DNA from: the human T2T-CHM13v2.0 reference genome, Homo sapiens | NCBI RefSeq assembly: GCF_009914755.1 | Contig: NC_060925.1 | Direction: 5' to 3' (one strand) | Length of the DNA stretch: 64,000 nucleotides | Shown: positions 14,735-28,164 of the stretch, in pieces | How positions within the stretch are numbered: the stretch's first letter is position 1 | How the letters are laid out: each line of letters opens with the position of its first letter | The notes under the pieces: generated by a model | Database searches by the model: none | The model's input: only the letters and a program-made list of their open reading frames with translations | Told to the model about the DNA's origin: nothing | Made by a program: the position numbers and the translations under genes

Positions 14735-14879
14735 TACGCTAGTCTTCTTCTTTAGTCTGCTAGGTATGGGAAGGGTGTTAAGAAAGGATCTCTCATCAAT
14801 ATGACCTGGCCCCCAAAAAGCATGCTTGATTTTTGAATGTGGTAAAGAAATATTTAAACCATGTTTTATGTCTATATGA

Positions 14880-15203
<324 letters not shown>

Positions 15204-15744
15204 ATATTTATATATTGTAGGCAGTATTTTGCTAAAAGGGAATTTTGATATCTTTATAAGACACAACTAGTTTAATTAAGGAAGGAGCACTGCCCACCAT
15301 GACGACAGGTATGGGTTGGTGATGCCCTGAAGCTCCAGGTAATCAATGATGTGAATGTCCCCTTCCAAAGCAGGGGCCATGCCTTGTGCAGTGAATCTCT
15401 GTCCCAGCACAGCTAATGGTCAGAAATGGATTCTTCTCAATCTGCCCATTAGGACTGAACAGGGTCTCAGCATCTGGTTAGCAGGGAGGGACCTGAGAAG
15501 GGGCTTTACTTGAGTGACTCACACTCTTTGCCCACATAGAATGTTCCTGGCCCTGTGTGTGCATCTTGTGGGTATTCACCCACTGATCAGCCACAGAACA
15601 AAGTCAGGAGGTAACAGATTTGTAAAGAGAAGTAAAGAACAGGAGGGAATTGATAAAAATGAGGAAATTTCATTTGGATGCCTGACTTCCTGGGGCAGGA
15701 CCTCATTAAAAACACAGCTCGGTGCTTCTGATTTTCTCTTTTTC

Positions 15745-15965
15745 TTGTCTCTTTTTCCTGAGACGGAGTCTTGCTCTATTTCCCAGGCTGCAGTGTAGTG
15801 GCTCTATCTCAGCTCACTTAAACCTCTGCCTCCTGGCTTCAAGTGATTCTCCTACCTCAGCCTCCCAAATAGCTTGGACTACAAGTGCCTGCCACCATGC
15901 TCAGCTAATTTTTTTTTTGGCCCCGAGTCTCGCCCTGTCGTCCAGGTTGGAGTGAAGTGGCATGA
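15745..15965 (-). mobile_element. Alu fragments
   Basis: One right arm followed by a second truncated Alu end. Confidence 0.8.
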
Positions 15966-17884
15966 TCTGGAGATCTCAAGTACATGGACCGGGGAGGCTG
16001 CAGGAATTTGTTTATCTTGGGCTGGGGGTGCATGGGAAGTAGGTAGGGCTCCTGTGACCACAAACCCAAGGCCTCTGGGATCAGAAGGCAACAACAAGGG
16101 CCAGGACCTACCCCGGGGCCTGTGCTTGCAGGGACCCTGGCTCTCATTTGTATGTGGGGTGCCTGAGTGATTTCAGATTCCTCACCCATCCCCATTGGCT
16201 CTTCTAGGGGAGATGCAACCATAACACCTGTAGGTGACCCTGTGTAGGAAAAGACTGCAGAACCCACACGGGCCCATGCTGAGTGAGGCTTTCTCCAGGT
16301 GGGCACAAAAACCCCTAGCTCCCCAGCCACTGCCAGAGCTTGGGGTTGGGGGCCTTACATGGAGGCAAATGCAGGGAGCATTGGCAGAGGCAGGGCTGAG
16401 TGAAAGGAGAAGAAGAGCACATGGAAAAGACACAGGGGTCTCTGACAGTTCCAGGGCCAGAGGCACTTGGGAGTGGGAGAGGCATGACTGGGAGATAGGT
16501 CCAGAGCTTTTTCTGAGCCCTGAGGCCCCAGCAGGTTTACTTCCCTTCGAAGATCTCTCTGGGCTATTGTGCCTGGGAGTCAGGGCTGGCTCTGCTGCAG
16601 CCCTGTGGGAAGGGCATAGATCCCTCAGGGTCTAAGGTTCAACTTTACTCTTATCCTCAAATGAGGGCTTTTACCCAGGGACCTCTTGTCCGCAGATTCC
16701 ACGTCTTCTTGCTGGACTCCCAGAGGAAGTTGTCCTACCAGGGACATGGGATGTTATACTTTTCTCTTCCATGGAACCAGCTCTGTCAGGTAGAGTTGTG
16801 CCTTTCTAGGTGGCCACACACACACACACATACTTACCATGTGGACATTGCAGTGATGCCCACTGGGCTTCGGGTTCTTCCATAGCACCCAGCTGAAAAA
16901 AGCCTCACCTAAGGCTAAGAAGAGACCTGGCTTGGACAAAAAAATACTTAGTGCATTCCAGGTGCATCCTTATCAGCTCTAAGGCTGGGCCAGGGGAACC
17001 TGGGAAGGGATGGCCCCTGCGCTGGGACCTGTCCAAGGCTCTGTCATCATCCTGGCAGCCTTGGAAGACCAGAGGGGTCAGGTCTTCCTCTGCAAGCCAG
17101 GCAGTGTCACCACCCAGAAGTCCAGGGTGCCTCTTTAGGTCCAGAGCAGCAGCTGTGGAGTTTCCTGCTTTGTGCCTTGCCATGTTCACCAACATCACTC
17201 AATATAAACTGGGGAAAATTTCTTAATTACTGCTGGGTCTCTCTGCATTGTGGCCATGTTCTGAAGTCCAGGAGAGATGGGCTGATGGCCTTGGGATGCA
17301 TAAAGTGACGCCGGCCCCATCAGCTCAGGCTGAGGGAGAAAACAGAGGCTCAGGAATATTCTAGAGAGCCTAAGCAAGGGCCTCATAGGAGCTTTGGAAT
17401 CCCAGTGTGGATTCTGGGAGTGGAGAATAGGTCAGGTCGTTTCCTGAGATGGGTTTCGAAGGTTGCTCTGAGCTTGGCAGCAGATGAGCACCTCGAGAAG
17501 AACTGGTGACAGAACATGGTAGAAAAGACCCCAAGTGCAGGATTCTCACTGGGGTCCTGGGGGTGCTACTGCACCCCTTGAAATGGGCAGGAAGAGGGAG
17601 TCAGTTAGCCAGTTCTTTCCAATATTTAGCTTATTGAACACCTTGGGGGTTCCACTGAGCCCCTCACCTGAGGGGTTTGCCAATCATTTGCTGCCAGAAC
17701 ATGGGAAGATTTTTCTCTGGCCAAATCTCAGGTTTATCAGGTTAGAAATGGGGAAAATAGCAACGTGCCTTAGATTCTCCATGAAGAAGAGCTGAGGTCC
17801 GGGATGATCAGTACCAGCCGTCTGTTGTGCCTCGTGGATGCTCAGTGAACACAGATTCTCACAACCATTATTGGTGTTGAGCTC

Positions 17885-18130
17885 ACCCTCAGCCTCAGGT
17901 TTACAAAGTGGGGCGTGGGAAGTAGAAGCCTCACTGGGCTCAGGTGATCCTCCCACCTCAACTTCTTGGGCAGCTTGGCCTACAGGTGCACACTGCCTCC
18001 CCCCAGCTAATATCTTGTATTTGTATTAGAGACAGGGTTTCATCACATTGCCCATATTCCTCACAAACTCCTGAGCTCTAGCACTCTGCCTTTCTTGGCT
18101 TCCCAAAGGGCTGGGATTAGAGGCCTGAGG
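17885..18130 (-). mobile_element. Old Alu (AluJ-like), partial
   Basis: gggctcaggtgatcctcccacctca...cccaaagggctgggatta. Confidence 0.75.
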
Positions 18131-18179
18131 TCTTTCTTTCTTTTCCTTCCTTCCTTCCTTTCTTTCTTTCTTTCTTTTT

Positions 18180-18238
<59 letters not shown>

Positions 18239-18292
18239 CTTTCTTTCTTCTTTCTTTCCTTCCTTCCTTCCTTCCTTCCTTCCTTCCTTCCT

Positions 18293-18376
<84 letters not shown>

Positions 18377-18395
18377 GCATGCTTGCTTGCTTTTT
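18131..18395. repeat. (CTTT)n/(CCTT)n compound microsatellite
   Basis: Near-pure pyrimidine tetranucleotide array at the tail of the adjacent Alu. Confidence 0.97.
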
Positions 18396-18399
18396 CTTT

Positions 18400-18688
18400 T
18401 GTTCTTTTTTGACAGTGTCATGCCATCACCCAGGATGGAGGGCAGTGGCGCCATCTCAGCTCACTGCAACTTCACATCCTGGGTTTAAGCGATTCTCCTG
18501 CCTCAGCCTTCTGAGTAGCTGGGAGTGCAGACATCTGCCACTATGCTCGGCTAATTTTTTGTATTTTTAGTAGAGACGGAGTTTCACCGTGTTAGCTAGA
18601 ATGGTCTTGATATACTGACCTCATGATCAGCCCACCTTGGCCTCTCAAAGTGCTGATGTTACAGGCATGAGCCACTGTGCCTGGGTCT
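18400..18688 (-). mobile_element. Alu
   Basis: Antisense dimer. Confidence 0.9.
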
Positions 18689-19259
18689 GAGCTTTCTTTG
18701 TAGGCCTAATGTTGATGCTCTGATAAGAATCTCTATGTTCAATATTAGCGACAGGAAAGGACTCTAAGAAGGAGGAAACATGAATTATCAAATTAGAGTA
18801 GGAAGGGAGTGGGTGAGATTAAGATTTGGATGAAGGGTCCTGGAAAATGACTGGGGCCAATGGTTGCTGGGAAATGTTCCACTGTGGGAAGATCCCAGAG
18901 TCTAAAGGAAAGGTTTCCAGATGATAGAACAATGATGGACATATGGACCCTCGTTCATTTCTCTCTCACATCCTGTAGAGCCCACAGTTTCTACCTGGGT
19001 GGCTTCCAGCTTGGGAGAGCCTCCCTTCCCAGGTCTGGCCCCAATCTTCTCTCTGGCCTCTGCTCCAGTTCACATTCTTAGATTCCATCTTTGCAAGCTG
19101 GTTTTCTGAGAGGAGCCCATCAGTTTTGTGAGTAAACACCCTTTACCTTCTAGTAGGGCCAAGACTATACCTGCCCCCTGTGTTTTCAAAGTGAATGTTA
19201 TGGTTTAAGTCTGCCCTATCTCTTTTGATGATTCTCCTTTTAATTTCTGAACTCAATCT

Positions 19260-19570
19260 AGGGTGGGTGAGATGGCTGATGCCTGTTATCCCAGCCTTTT
19301 GGGAGGCCAAGGTGAGGAGATCACTTGAGGTCAGGAGTTTGAGACCAGCCGGGCCAACATGGTGAAACCCCATCTCGACTAAAATACAAAAATTAGTAGG
19401 GCTTGTTGGAGTGCACCCGTAATTCCCAGCTACTTGGGAGGCAGAAATGAGAGAATCACTTGAACCAGAAGGTTGAGGCTGCAGTGAGCTGAAATCGTGC
19501 CACTGCACTCCAGCCTGAGTGACAGATGTAGGCCCAGTCTGAAAATCAAACAAACAATCAATAAATAAAC
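19260..19570 (+). mobile_element. Alu
   Basis: Sense dimer with a degenerate A-tail. Confidence 0.9.
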
Positions 19571-20129
19571 TCAATCTTGACAAAAGACTTTGAGTCCTGA
19601 CATCTAGATGCCCACAAGATAACCGCCATGTTTTACATTGTCTTGTTTCCTTTGCAGGTTCCCATTAGAACACCTAGTCTCATTCCGCTCAGTCCCCACC
19701 TCACTTGGTCACTTTGTCCTGATTTCCTTCGGTGAAGCCTTGACTTAGTCTTGAGATAGATCACACTCTCAGTGGTTCCTTTCTTCTACCTGAATGTGCA
19801 TATGATCTGCTATGTTAGATAGCATAAAACACAGGTGACCATTCGATATACACAGCTTTTTATTCTGTTTTCTTGGGAATGACATCACTATCTTCTTCAG
19901 GCTATTGTAGCTCTGAAACATTTTGACAATTTTGATGTGGCCAAACATCCTCCAATAAGGACACCTTAAGGTTTTTTTTTTTTTGGCCTAATATCAGGAA
20001 CAGATTAATCCCTTCCCTACATCACTACGAAAGTCGTGTATTAGCCAAACTTCATCAGTATTTGGGGAATAAATGAACGAATGAGTTTTAGACTTTCACC
20101 CTATTATTTATTCTTTTACTTCCATAAAT

Positions 20130-20379
20130 GTGTATCTAATTCAATCGATTAGTCAGAAGAAAGCTGAAAACTCAATCAGGATTAACTGGGTGTGACTGCA
20201 AGATCTAATCAGGTATCACTTTCTGATTGGAAGCTGGTGATTGAGAAGGGAAGGGTGGGGTTAGAAAGGTCCATAAAAGCTCCTGAGGGTACCCAGAAGA
20301 GACCCACAGCACTCATTCCTGGAGCTACTGCTTGGTTCCCTGAGAGGTCCCAGAACTCTGCAAAGTGAGTCCAGTGCTG
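20130..20379 (+). promoter_or_regulatory. PRAMEF promoter and non-coding exon 1
   Basis: caatcaggatta box, ATTGG box, GC/GT box, TATA-like cataaaa (~20272), splice donor ctg|gtaagt at 20380; homologous to four other copies in the window. Confidence 0.8.
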
Positions 20380-20924
20380 GTAAGTCACCACCTGCTTAGG
20401 GTCATGCCCATCTGATCAGCAGCCAGCCAGTCAGGGACGGTGACACACATCCCAAAGTGGCACACAATATTTTTCTGTCTGTTTCGTGAGATGAACAGAT
20501 TTAGGCTTTCATTTTTCCTCTAAATGTAGTTTTGTCTTCATCCATCAAATTGTGATTTGTGCTTGGTTTTTGTCATTTTAAAATTCTTATCGAAGCAGGT
20601 TTTTAAAAAATATATTAAAAATTTACAGTGACATGAATTTTTATTTCTTGACATTTGAAGTTATCTGTTTTTGTGCCCTTCAATTACAGTTCATAGACTT
20701 GGTGTTATTGTGATTCTCCAAGTATGCTTTCATTTTCATAAAATCCTTAAAGGTATCCCACACACCAATCTCAAGAGTGCAGTTTTGCTCAGATCATGGG
20801 ATTTATCTTTGCCCCTAGGATCCATCAAAAAGTGGGTAATTGTGAGTATGTGGAAGTGATGTCTATAGGAACCTTCATCTCAGAGTTACAGTGCTCTAGA
20901 ATAGCATGGTAGCACTTTTACAGT

Positions 20925-21715
20925 TTTTGAGATGGAGTTTCCCTATTGTTGCCCAGGCTGGAGTGCCATGGTGTGGTTTGGTTCACTGAAATTTCTGCCT
21001 CCTAGTTACATGCGATTCTCCTGCTTCAGCCTCCTGAGTAGCTTGGATTACAGGCACTCACCACCATGCCCAGCTAATTTTTGTATTTTTAGTAGACACA
21101 GGGTTTTGCCATGTTGGCCATGCTGGCCTCAAACTCCTGACCTCAGGAGATCTGCCCCCCTCAGACTCCCAAAGTGCTGGGATTACAGGAGTGAGCCACC
21201 GCGCCCAGGTACAGTTAGCATTTCTATACATACCTTCCAAATGCTGTGGAATACCATCACACCACTTTTACAGTTCCAGTGAATTATTTTGTTTTTTTTC
21301 TGCGATGTACTCTGAGTGTGTCACCCAGACTGGAGTGCAGGGCCCTGAGCTGGGCTCCCTGGAAACTCTGCCTCTGGGCTTCAAGTGATTCTCCTTCCTC
21401 TGCCTCCAGAGTAGCTAGGATTACAGTCATGCATGACCACACCTGGCTAACATTTTAATTAATTAATTTATCAATTTGTTTTTGTTTGAGTCTGAGTCCA
21501 ACTCTGTCACCCAGGCTGGAGAGCAGTGGTGAGATCTTGGCTCTCTGCAACCTCTGCCTTCTGGAGTCAAATGATTCTTAATTTTTTTGTATTTAGTAGA
21601 GACATCGTTTCATTATGTAGGCCAGGCTGTTCTCGAACTCCTGACCTCAAGTGAACTGCCTGCCTTGGTGTCCAGCAGTGTTGGGATTACAGACATGAGC
21701 CACAGCACCTGGTCC
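20925..21715 (-). mobile_element. Three intronic Alus (20925-21210, 21305-21450, 21485-21715)
   Basis: Antisense Alu consensus segments. Confidence 0.85.
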
Positions 21716-22121
21716 ATTTCTGGTAGAAAATTTTCAAAATAAAAAATAATGGCATCGATTTTAGGGAGTCCCTTTAGTGTTCCCCCAGCATGTTTATGGT
21801 GTAAACTGAGAATGGAGGCTGTCTGGGGCCACAGGACACTCTCATTCTCATTGCTTTAGGGTGGTAAGTGACAAGAAATTTTTCCTCAAAGAGGTAGAGC
21901 TTGGCTTTCAGGATCCTCAGTGGCACTGTCCGGTGGTTCTGGGATTCAGTGGAATGAAGGATGAAAATTAATAAGCCAGTGGTCTCCTTGACCCCTCCCT
22001 CCTTGGTGTTTGGAAGACATTCTTCCTGGTACCAGTAGAAGCAGATGATTGTGTTTGCCATGAGAGTGATACATTTTCCCTGGATTTGTCTTCTAGAGAT
22101 TTTCCTTGCAGATCTATCAGG

Positions 22122-24888
22122 AGGAGCATCCAGGCCCCACCCAGACTCCTGGAGCTGGCGGGGCAGAGCCTGCTGAGAGACCAGGCCTTGTCCATCTCTG
22201 CCATGGAGGAGCTGCCCAGGGTGCTCTATCTCCCACTCTTCATGGAGGCCTTCCGCAGGAGACACTTCCAGACTCTGACGGTGATGGTGCAGGCCTGGCC
22301 CTTCACCTGCCTCCCTCTGGGATCACTGATGAAGACGCTTCATTTGGAGACCTTAAAAGCATTGCTGGAAGGGCTTCATATGCTGCTTACACAGAAGGAT
22401 CGCCCCAGGTGAGGTGACCCAGGAGGGCTGGTAGATAGGGCTCAGGTGCCCAGGGAAAGAACAGCAGGGTCAGGCAGAGAAGTAGCCCAAGTGTAGCCCA
22501 GAGTCTTCTGATGGTGTTGGCGAGGAAGATCAGGGAGGCTTTGGCCATTGTCCAGATCCTCAGAGAAAGGACTGCTCACCATACAGGGTCCACTGTGGGA
22601 ACAGAAACCTGCCTTTTCTCAGTGGAAGGTAAAGGGAATAGAAGTGGGGACCACTCAGAATCCAAAGGGAAAAGGGATCAAGAAAAGACAAAGAGAACAG
22701 GGAGCACTGAGGACATGAGCAGCTGATTTATGGGATGACAATGAAAGCAAAGGTCAGGGATTTGTCCTTCTAAATTCTGAGCCTCTCCCTTATTTTACCC
22801 ACAGGAGGTGGAAACTTCAAGTGCTGGATTAGCGGGACGTTGACGGGAATTTCTGGGCCAGATGGCCTGGAGCCTGGGCCCTGTCCTGCTTCCCAGAGAC
22901 CATGAGTAAGAGGCAGACAGCAGAGGACCGTCCAAGGATGGGAGAGCACCAGCCCTTAAAGGTGTTCATAGACATCTGCCTCAAGGAAATACCCCAGGAT
23001 GAATGCCTGAGATACCTCTTCCAGTGGGTTTACCAAAGGAGAGGTTTAGTACACCTGTGCTGTAGTAAGCTGGTCAATTATCTAACGCCGATTAAACATC
23101 TCAGAAAGTCATTGAAAATAATATACCTGAATAGTATTCAAGAGCTGGAAATTCACAACATGTCCTGGCCACGTCTGATAAGAAAGCTTCGTTGTTACCT
23201 GAAGGAGATGAAGACTCTTGGCAAACTCGTTTTCTCCAGGTGCCATCATTCCACGTCAGATAATGAACTCGAAGGACGGTTAGTCATCAAATTCAGCTCT
23301 GTGTTCCTCGGGCTGGAACACCTCCAGTTGCTTAAAATAAAATTGATCACCTTCTTCAGTGGGCACCTGGAACAGCTGATCAGGTGAGGAAGGATCATGC
23401 ATTTTTTATGCAGACCACAGCATAGCCTTGTTCTCTTACAGCAAACATTAGAAGGCGTGTACTGTGTGCCAGCCAGTGGCAACGTCACAGTGAAGGGGAC
23501 ACCAGAATGTCAACACATTGTCCCATTCAGTGTTCCATGTCCTGGAGTGGCTATCACAGGATCGCTCCAATAAGGGCAGAGGGGTCACCTGGGGTAGAAG
23601 CTAGAGAGGGACATCATGTACAAGCTAGTTAGTGGGGGTTTCAGCTCTATTGGGGGTGCACGTGTGAATTTCCTGTTACAAAGTGTGTTTCAAGTTGATA
23701 TGATGTCAAAGAGATAATAGAGGAGGGTATGAAAGGAGGGAAAGCGCATCAAACCTGTCCATTTCACAATAGAACGTCTGTCCTCACCGGCTTAGTGATC
23801 ACGAATGATCCTGTCTCTGATTCCCTGTTTGTAAAAGGTTGTTTTGAACTCCAGGAAAGGTAACTGACATGGGAAATGCGTGCTTCTGGGATGGAGGTGA
23901 GGGAGTAGGCGTGAGAGTGGTAAAAAGTGACAGTTGGTTTGCAGATGCAGGCATGTCAGGTAGCCCCTGCCGACATGTAGCCCTAGCTGATGTCCCTAGA
24001 CCTTGCTGAGTTGAGTTCTTTGTTCACATCTCCCACCGGGTACCTGTGGCCCAGAGATAAAGTTTTCTGCTAAAAGATGAAAAAAAAAAAAGGCTTTAGA
24101 GATTTTATGGCCTTGACCCAATCACACAAGCAATGGTGAAAGGGCTGATTCTAAAATGGGACAGCCCCTGAACGATCAGGGTCCTCATCATGCAGCAACT
24201 TCCATGAGGACCATCATCAGATGGTGGGAACAAACTTGTGTTTGTTTGACGCAGGCATTTTCCTAGATGAAGGCACTACCTTCATCTAACTGGTACCATT
24301 GCCCAGAACTAACTTCTTGATCTCCACAGGTGCCTCCAGAACCCCTTGGAGAACTTGGAATTAACTTATGGCTACCTATTGGAAGAAGACATGAAGTGTC
24401 TCTCCCAGTACCCAAGCCTCGGTTACCTAAAGCATCTGAATCTCAGCTACGTGCTGCTGTTCCGCATCAGTCTTGAACCCCTCGGAGCTCTGCTAGAGAA
24501 AATTGCTGCCTCTCTCGAAACCCTCATCTTGGAGGGCTGTCAGATCCACTACTCCCAACTCAGTGCCATCCTGCCTGGCCTGAGCCGCTGCTCCCAGCTC
24601 ACCACCTTCTACTTTGGCAGAAATTGTATGTCTATGGGTGCCCTGAAGGACCTGCTGCGCCACACCAGTGGGCTGAGCAAGTTAAGCCTGGAGACGTATC
24701 CTGCCCCTGAGGAGAGTTTGAATTCCTTGGTTCGTGTCAATTGGGAGATCTTCACCCCACTTCGGGCTGAGCTGATGTGTACACTGAGGGAAGTCAGGCA
24801 GCCCAAGAGGATCTTCATTGGCCCCACCCCCTGCCCTTCCTGTGGCTGATCACTGTCTGAGGAACTGGAGCTCCATCTTTGCTGCTAG
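22122..24888 (+). pseudogene. PRAME family pseudogene, PRAMEF13/14/1-like (LRR, CRL2 substrate-receptor family)
   Basis: Coding exons 22122-22408, 22805-23383, 24330-24888 with GT-AG sites sum to 1425 nt (474-aa frame); start codon is AGG (22122), in-frame TAG at 22830-22832, TGA at 24847-24849; BC-box [10 protein letters not shown]; AATAAA at 25359. Confidence 0.9.
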
Positions 24889-25549
24889 GGAAGGCATGCC
24901 CAGTGGGGTAGAGAAATCCAAAGTTCTCTTCCAGGCACTTGGACACTAAAATCTACTATGTAGGTGCAAGCTATTTTTCTCTTTTCTTATTTATTTCATT
25001 TTTTAATAATTCCAAAATTTTTATTAAAGACAATTTGAGACAGGGTTTCTCTGTGTTGCTCTGGGATCCTCCTGCCTCAGCTGGGCTTATGGGATCCTCC
25101 TGCCTCAGCTTCCTAAAGTGCTGGGATTACTGGCATGAGTGACTGTGTCCAGGCCACATGCAACTTAAAGGAAGCACAGGGAAGTGCTCAGTGTGAGGGA
25201 GAAAACATAACAGCAGGGGGCAAGGCTGGAGGAAAATGTTGAGGTGACATCAATGAGAACTTCAGGGACCCGTGTCCTACAGAGTCGGAAAGAGAAGCTA
25301 AAGTTCTACAGTGATGAGAATGTTATCCCTGCAAGGATGGTTACCAAGGAATATCAGAAATAAAGAGCACCTGAATGAAAACTTTTAACGTGTTGTAGCA
25401 ATTTATCCACCAGAAATATCTAGTTATTGAGTTACTGATGGAAAAATAATGAAATACTACTTTGTCTGTGATTGAGTTTCAGCTGTAGAACATCAAAGCA
25501 ACCAAATAAAATTTGATCATTTTAAGTATTTCCCACCCATTCTTGTTCT

Positions 25550-25830
25550 TTGTTTTGTTTTGGAGACAAAATCTCAGTTTGTCATTTAGGCTGGAGTGCA
25601 GTGGTGCAATCTGGGCTCATTGCAATCCTTTCCTTCAGGGCTCAAGTGATTCTTGTGCCTCAACCACTCAAATAGCTGGGACTGCAGGCACGTTCCACCA
25701 AGACTGGCTGATTTTTGTATTTTTAATAGAGATGAGGTTTTTCCGTGTTGATCAGCCTGGTCTCAAGATCCTGGCTTTGAGTGATCCACTGACCTTGGCC
25801 TCCCAAAGCGCTGGGAAAACAGGCATACAG
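25550..25830 (-). mobile_element. Alu (AluJ-like)
   Basis: Antisense dimer. Confidence 0.85.
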
Positions 25831-25889
25831 ATGATCTCCACCCATTCTTTACTTCTCTTCAGTCATCAGTTTTTTTCTTACTTTTTTGC

Positions 25890-28160
25890 CCAAGGGGAGC
25901 AGCTCGGTCAGGCGCGAAGGGACGGGCAGAGAGGGGCCCCAAGGAGAAGATAGGAATGGGGTGGTGCCACGCTCGCACAAGATGTGCGGATGCCAGGCCC
26001 AGAAGGCATAGCTGGGGCCATCCATCAGGGGGCCAGGGTGAGAAGCAGAAATGGCACCTGCTTCAAGGACCTGGCCAGCTATCTGGTCACTGTGCCCATC
26101 CTGCTAGCGGTGTCAAGCTCCCAGGTCTGGAAGGGAGGTTCTATGCGGATCCACCCAAGGCTGTGTTTCCGAGATCCGCCCCCCATAGGGGTGACCAGCC
26201 CGATTGCTGGGCCTGGGAACCATGAACCACTCCTGGAGGCACTCCCCTTGACTGGGTCATGAGCCAGGCCTGTGCTCCATTTCCCTGAGGCAGCCAACTG
26301 TGCCACCCACACCCTCTCATCGCAAAATGGAACCTTGTCCCAGGTCTGGAGTCTCCACCACAGCCTCTACTTCACTGCTCACTGCCTGCTGTTAGCCTGC
26401 AAGCTCCTGGATGATAGTGCAGTTGGGGCTGGTTAAACCACACTCAGGAGCATTGGGTTTGTTTGTGCGGGGTTGGTCAGAGCTGCTGTGTATCTGCTTC
26501 TCAACTGTCACTTCTGCAGGGAAACACAGAGAAAGGGCACATCCAAGGCTGCGTACACTTCAGAGCTGATGGGAGCCTGGGACAAGAGGGAGTCCTGGTC
26601 CTCCTGAGTTGGCAGGGCAGTAGCTCCAAAGACGCAACTGAAGTTGTCCAGGTCACAGTTACCAAATGAGGTCCCCCAGTACTCTCGAGGGTCCAGGAGA
26701 TCCCCCCTTCTCCTGCAGCTTGGGGGTGTCCGCTCTCACTGCCTCATCTCTCATGGCACCTGCTCTAATTTTGGAGTGTGGTTGTGGTCAAGCCCAGATG
26801 CTGTCGCAGCCCAGGTGGGTCTGTGCACACTCGGGTCAGTGCTGATGCACCATCCCACTGCTGTCTTGAACCCTCTGGACTTTGGGCCTTGATGAGTGTA
26901 GGAGGGAGGCTGAGGGGTGTTGCGGACTGATCAGCGCTGGTCTTTGGATGCTCCTTGGTACAAGTGACCTGGGCTCCATGGTTGGTGGTGGGAGGCAGAC
27001 AGAATCCTGGACAGGAAGGTGAGGGTCACTGGTGAAGCTCCACCTTCTGATCAAGGAGGGCCTGAAGCCCGTGGGCTGGGCCACCAGTCCTATGGACCAG
27101 AGTGGGAACATGTGTTGCCTTTTCTGTGCCTGCTCATGGCCACCTATGACCCAATGAGTGCATACTTTCTCCTGTCTGATGTCAAAAAAACCCCAGACTC
27201 AGGGAGAACATTAGGAAGACCAGTGGCAGAGAGGAACTACCCACTGTGGGGATGATTTTCCTGTAGAGACAAGCAACCCCCTCCGGGTCCTTTTCTCTGC
27301 TGAGAGCTGTAGAGATGATGAGATGACTTTCCTGCAGAGAGCAGCAACCCACTCCAGGGCCTTCTCTCTACTGAGAGCAGTGGTGATGATGGAATAACCT
27401 GCCAGGAGGGAGGGGTCACCCACCCCAGGGCCTCCTCTCTGCTCAGTACTAAACACTCATCAGGACGCCCTGGCTGCAGAAAGAAGTTACCCACTGTGGG
27501 TCTCTGAGCTGTTCTATTGCTCAGTAAAGCTCCTCTTTATCTCACTCACCCTCCACTTGTCTGCATATTTCACTCTTCCTGGTCACAGGACAAAAACTTG
27601 AGACCCGCCTAATGGTGGGGTAAAAGAGCAATAACACAAATAAAGCTGAAACATGCCCCTTGCTCACCAAATTGTAGGTGAAGAGAAAAAGAGAAGAGCG
27701 ACTACTCTTCCAGGAGCCCAGATGTGGGAGCTTCCTGAGCCAGGGCTGTGACTCCCTTTTGGGGGTTCTGCAGTTCCTGGCATTTCCAAGCTTTCAGTGT
27801 TGGTGTCACTGTGTATTCCAGTGACAACCATGGAAGCTGTTTGTGCTGTGCCTGATTCATTTGCAGCCTTGCAGAAATCTGGCACACATGCTGACACCTG
27901 GAGCTGCCCAACCCACTGCTGCAGCAGCAGCAGCCGGTGACCGTCCAAAGTGGCCAGACCCCCTGCTCACTCACACACCCCTCACCACTCCAGCCCTGAC
28001 CCGCCCTTAATAGGCATGTGCTCCAGGCTTGAAACATGAGCCAAGCATAGTCTACCAGGCTGCATGGGCAGAACGAACCCAGTGAACCCCATCAAAACTC
28101 TGGCAAAGGTGCCCCCAGCCACAGAGGTTTCTGGCCAGAAGAGTCACATTCTAAGTATTC
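25890..28160 (+). mobile_element. MER52-type ERV1 solo LTR (long, MER52D-like)
   Basis: Characteristic MER52 motifs: repeated agaggagctacccactgtggg units, gctcctc..ctcaccctccacttgtc, and a 3' end gccacagaggtttctggcc. Confidence 0.75.
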
Positions 28161-28164
28161 CAGA

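Noticed and set aside
18026-18454. ORFs rich in KKER or FLSF repeats (also 30504-31062)
   Set aside because: Translations of (CTTT)n microsatellites
22086-22412. ORF-track call suggesting an intact PRAMEF first coding exon
   Set aside because: It starts at an intronic TTG; the true start position is AGG and exon 3 has an in-frame TAG
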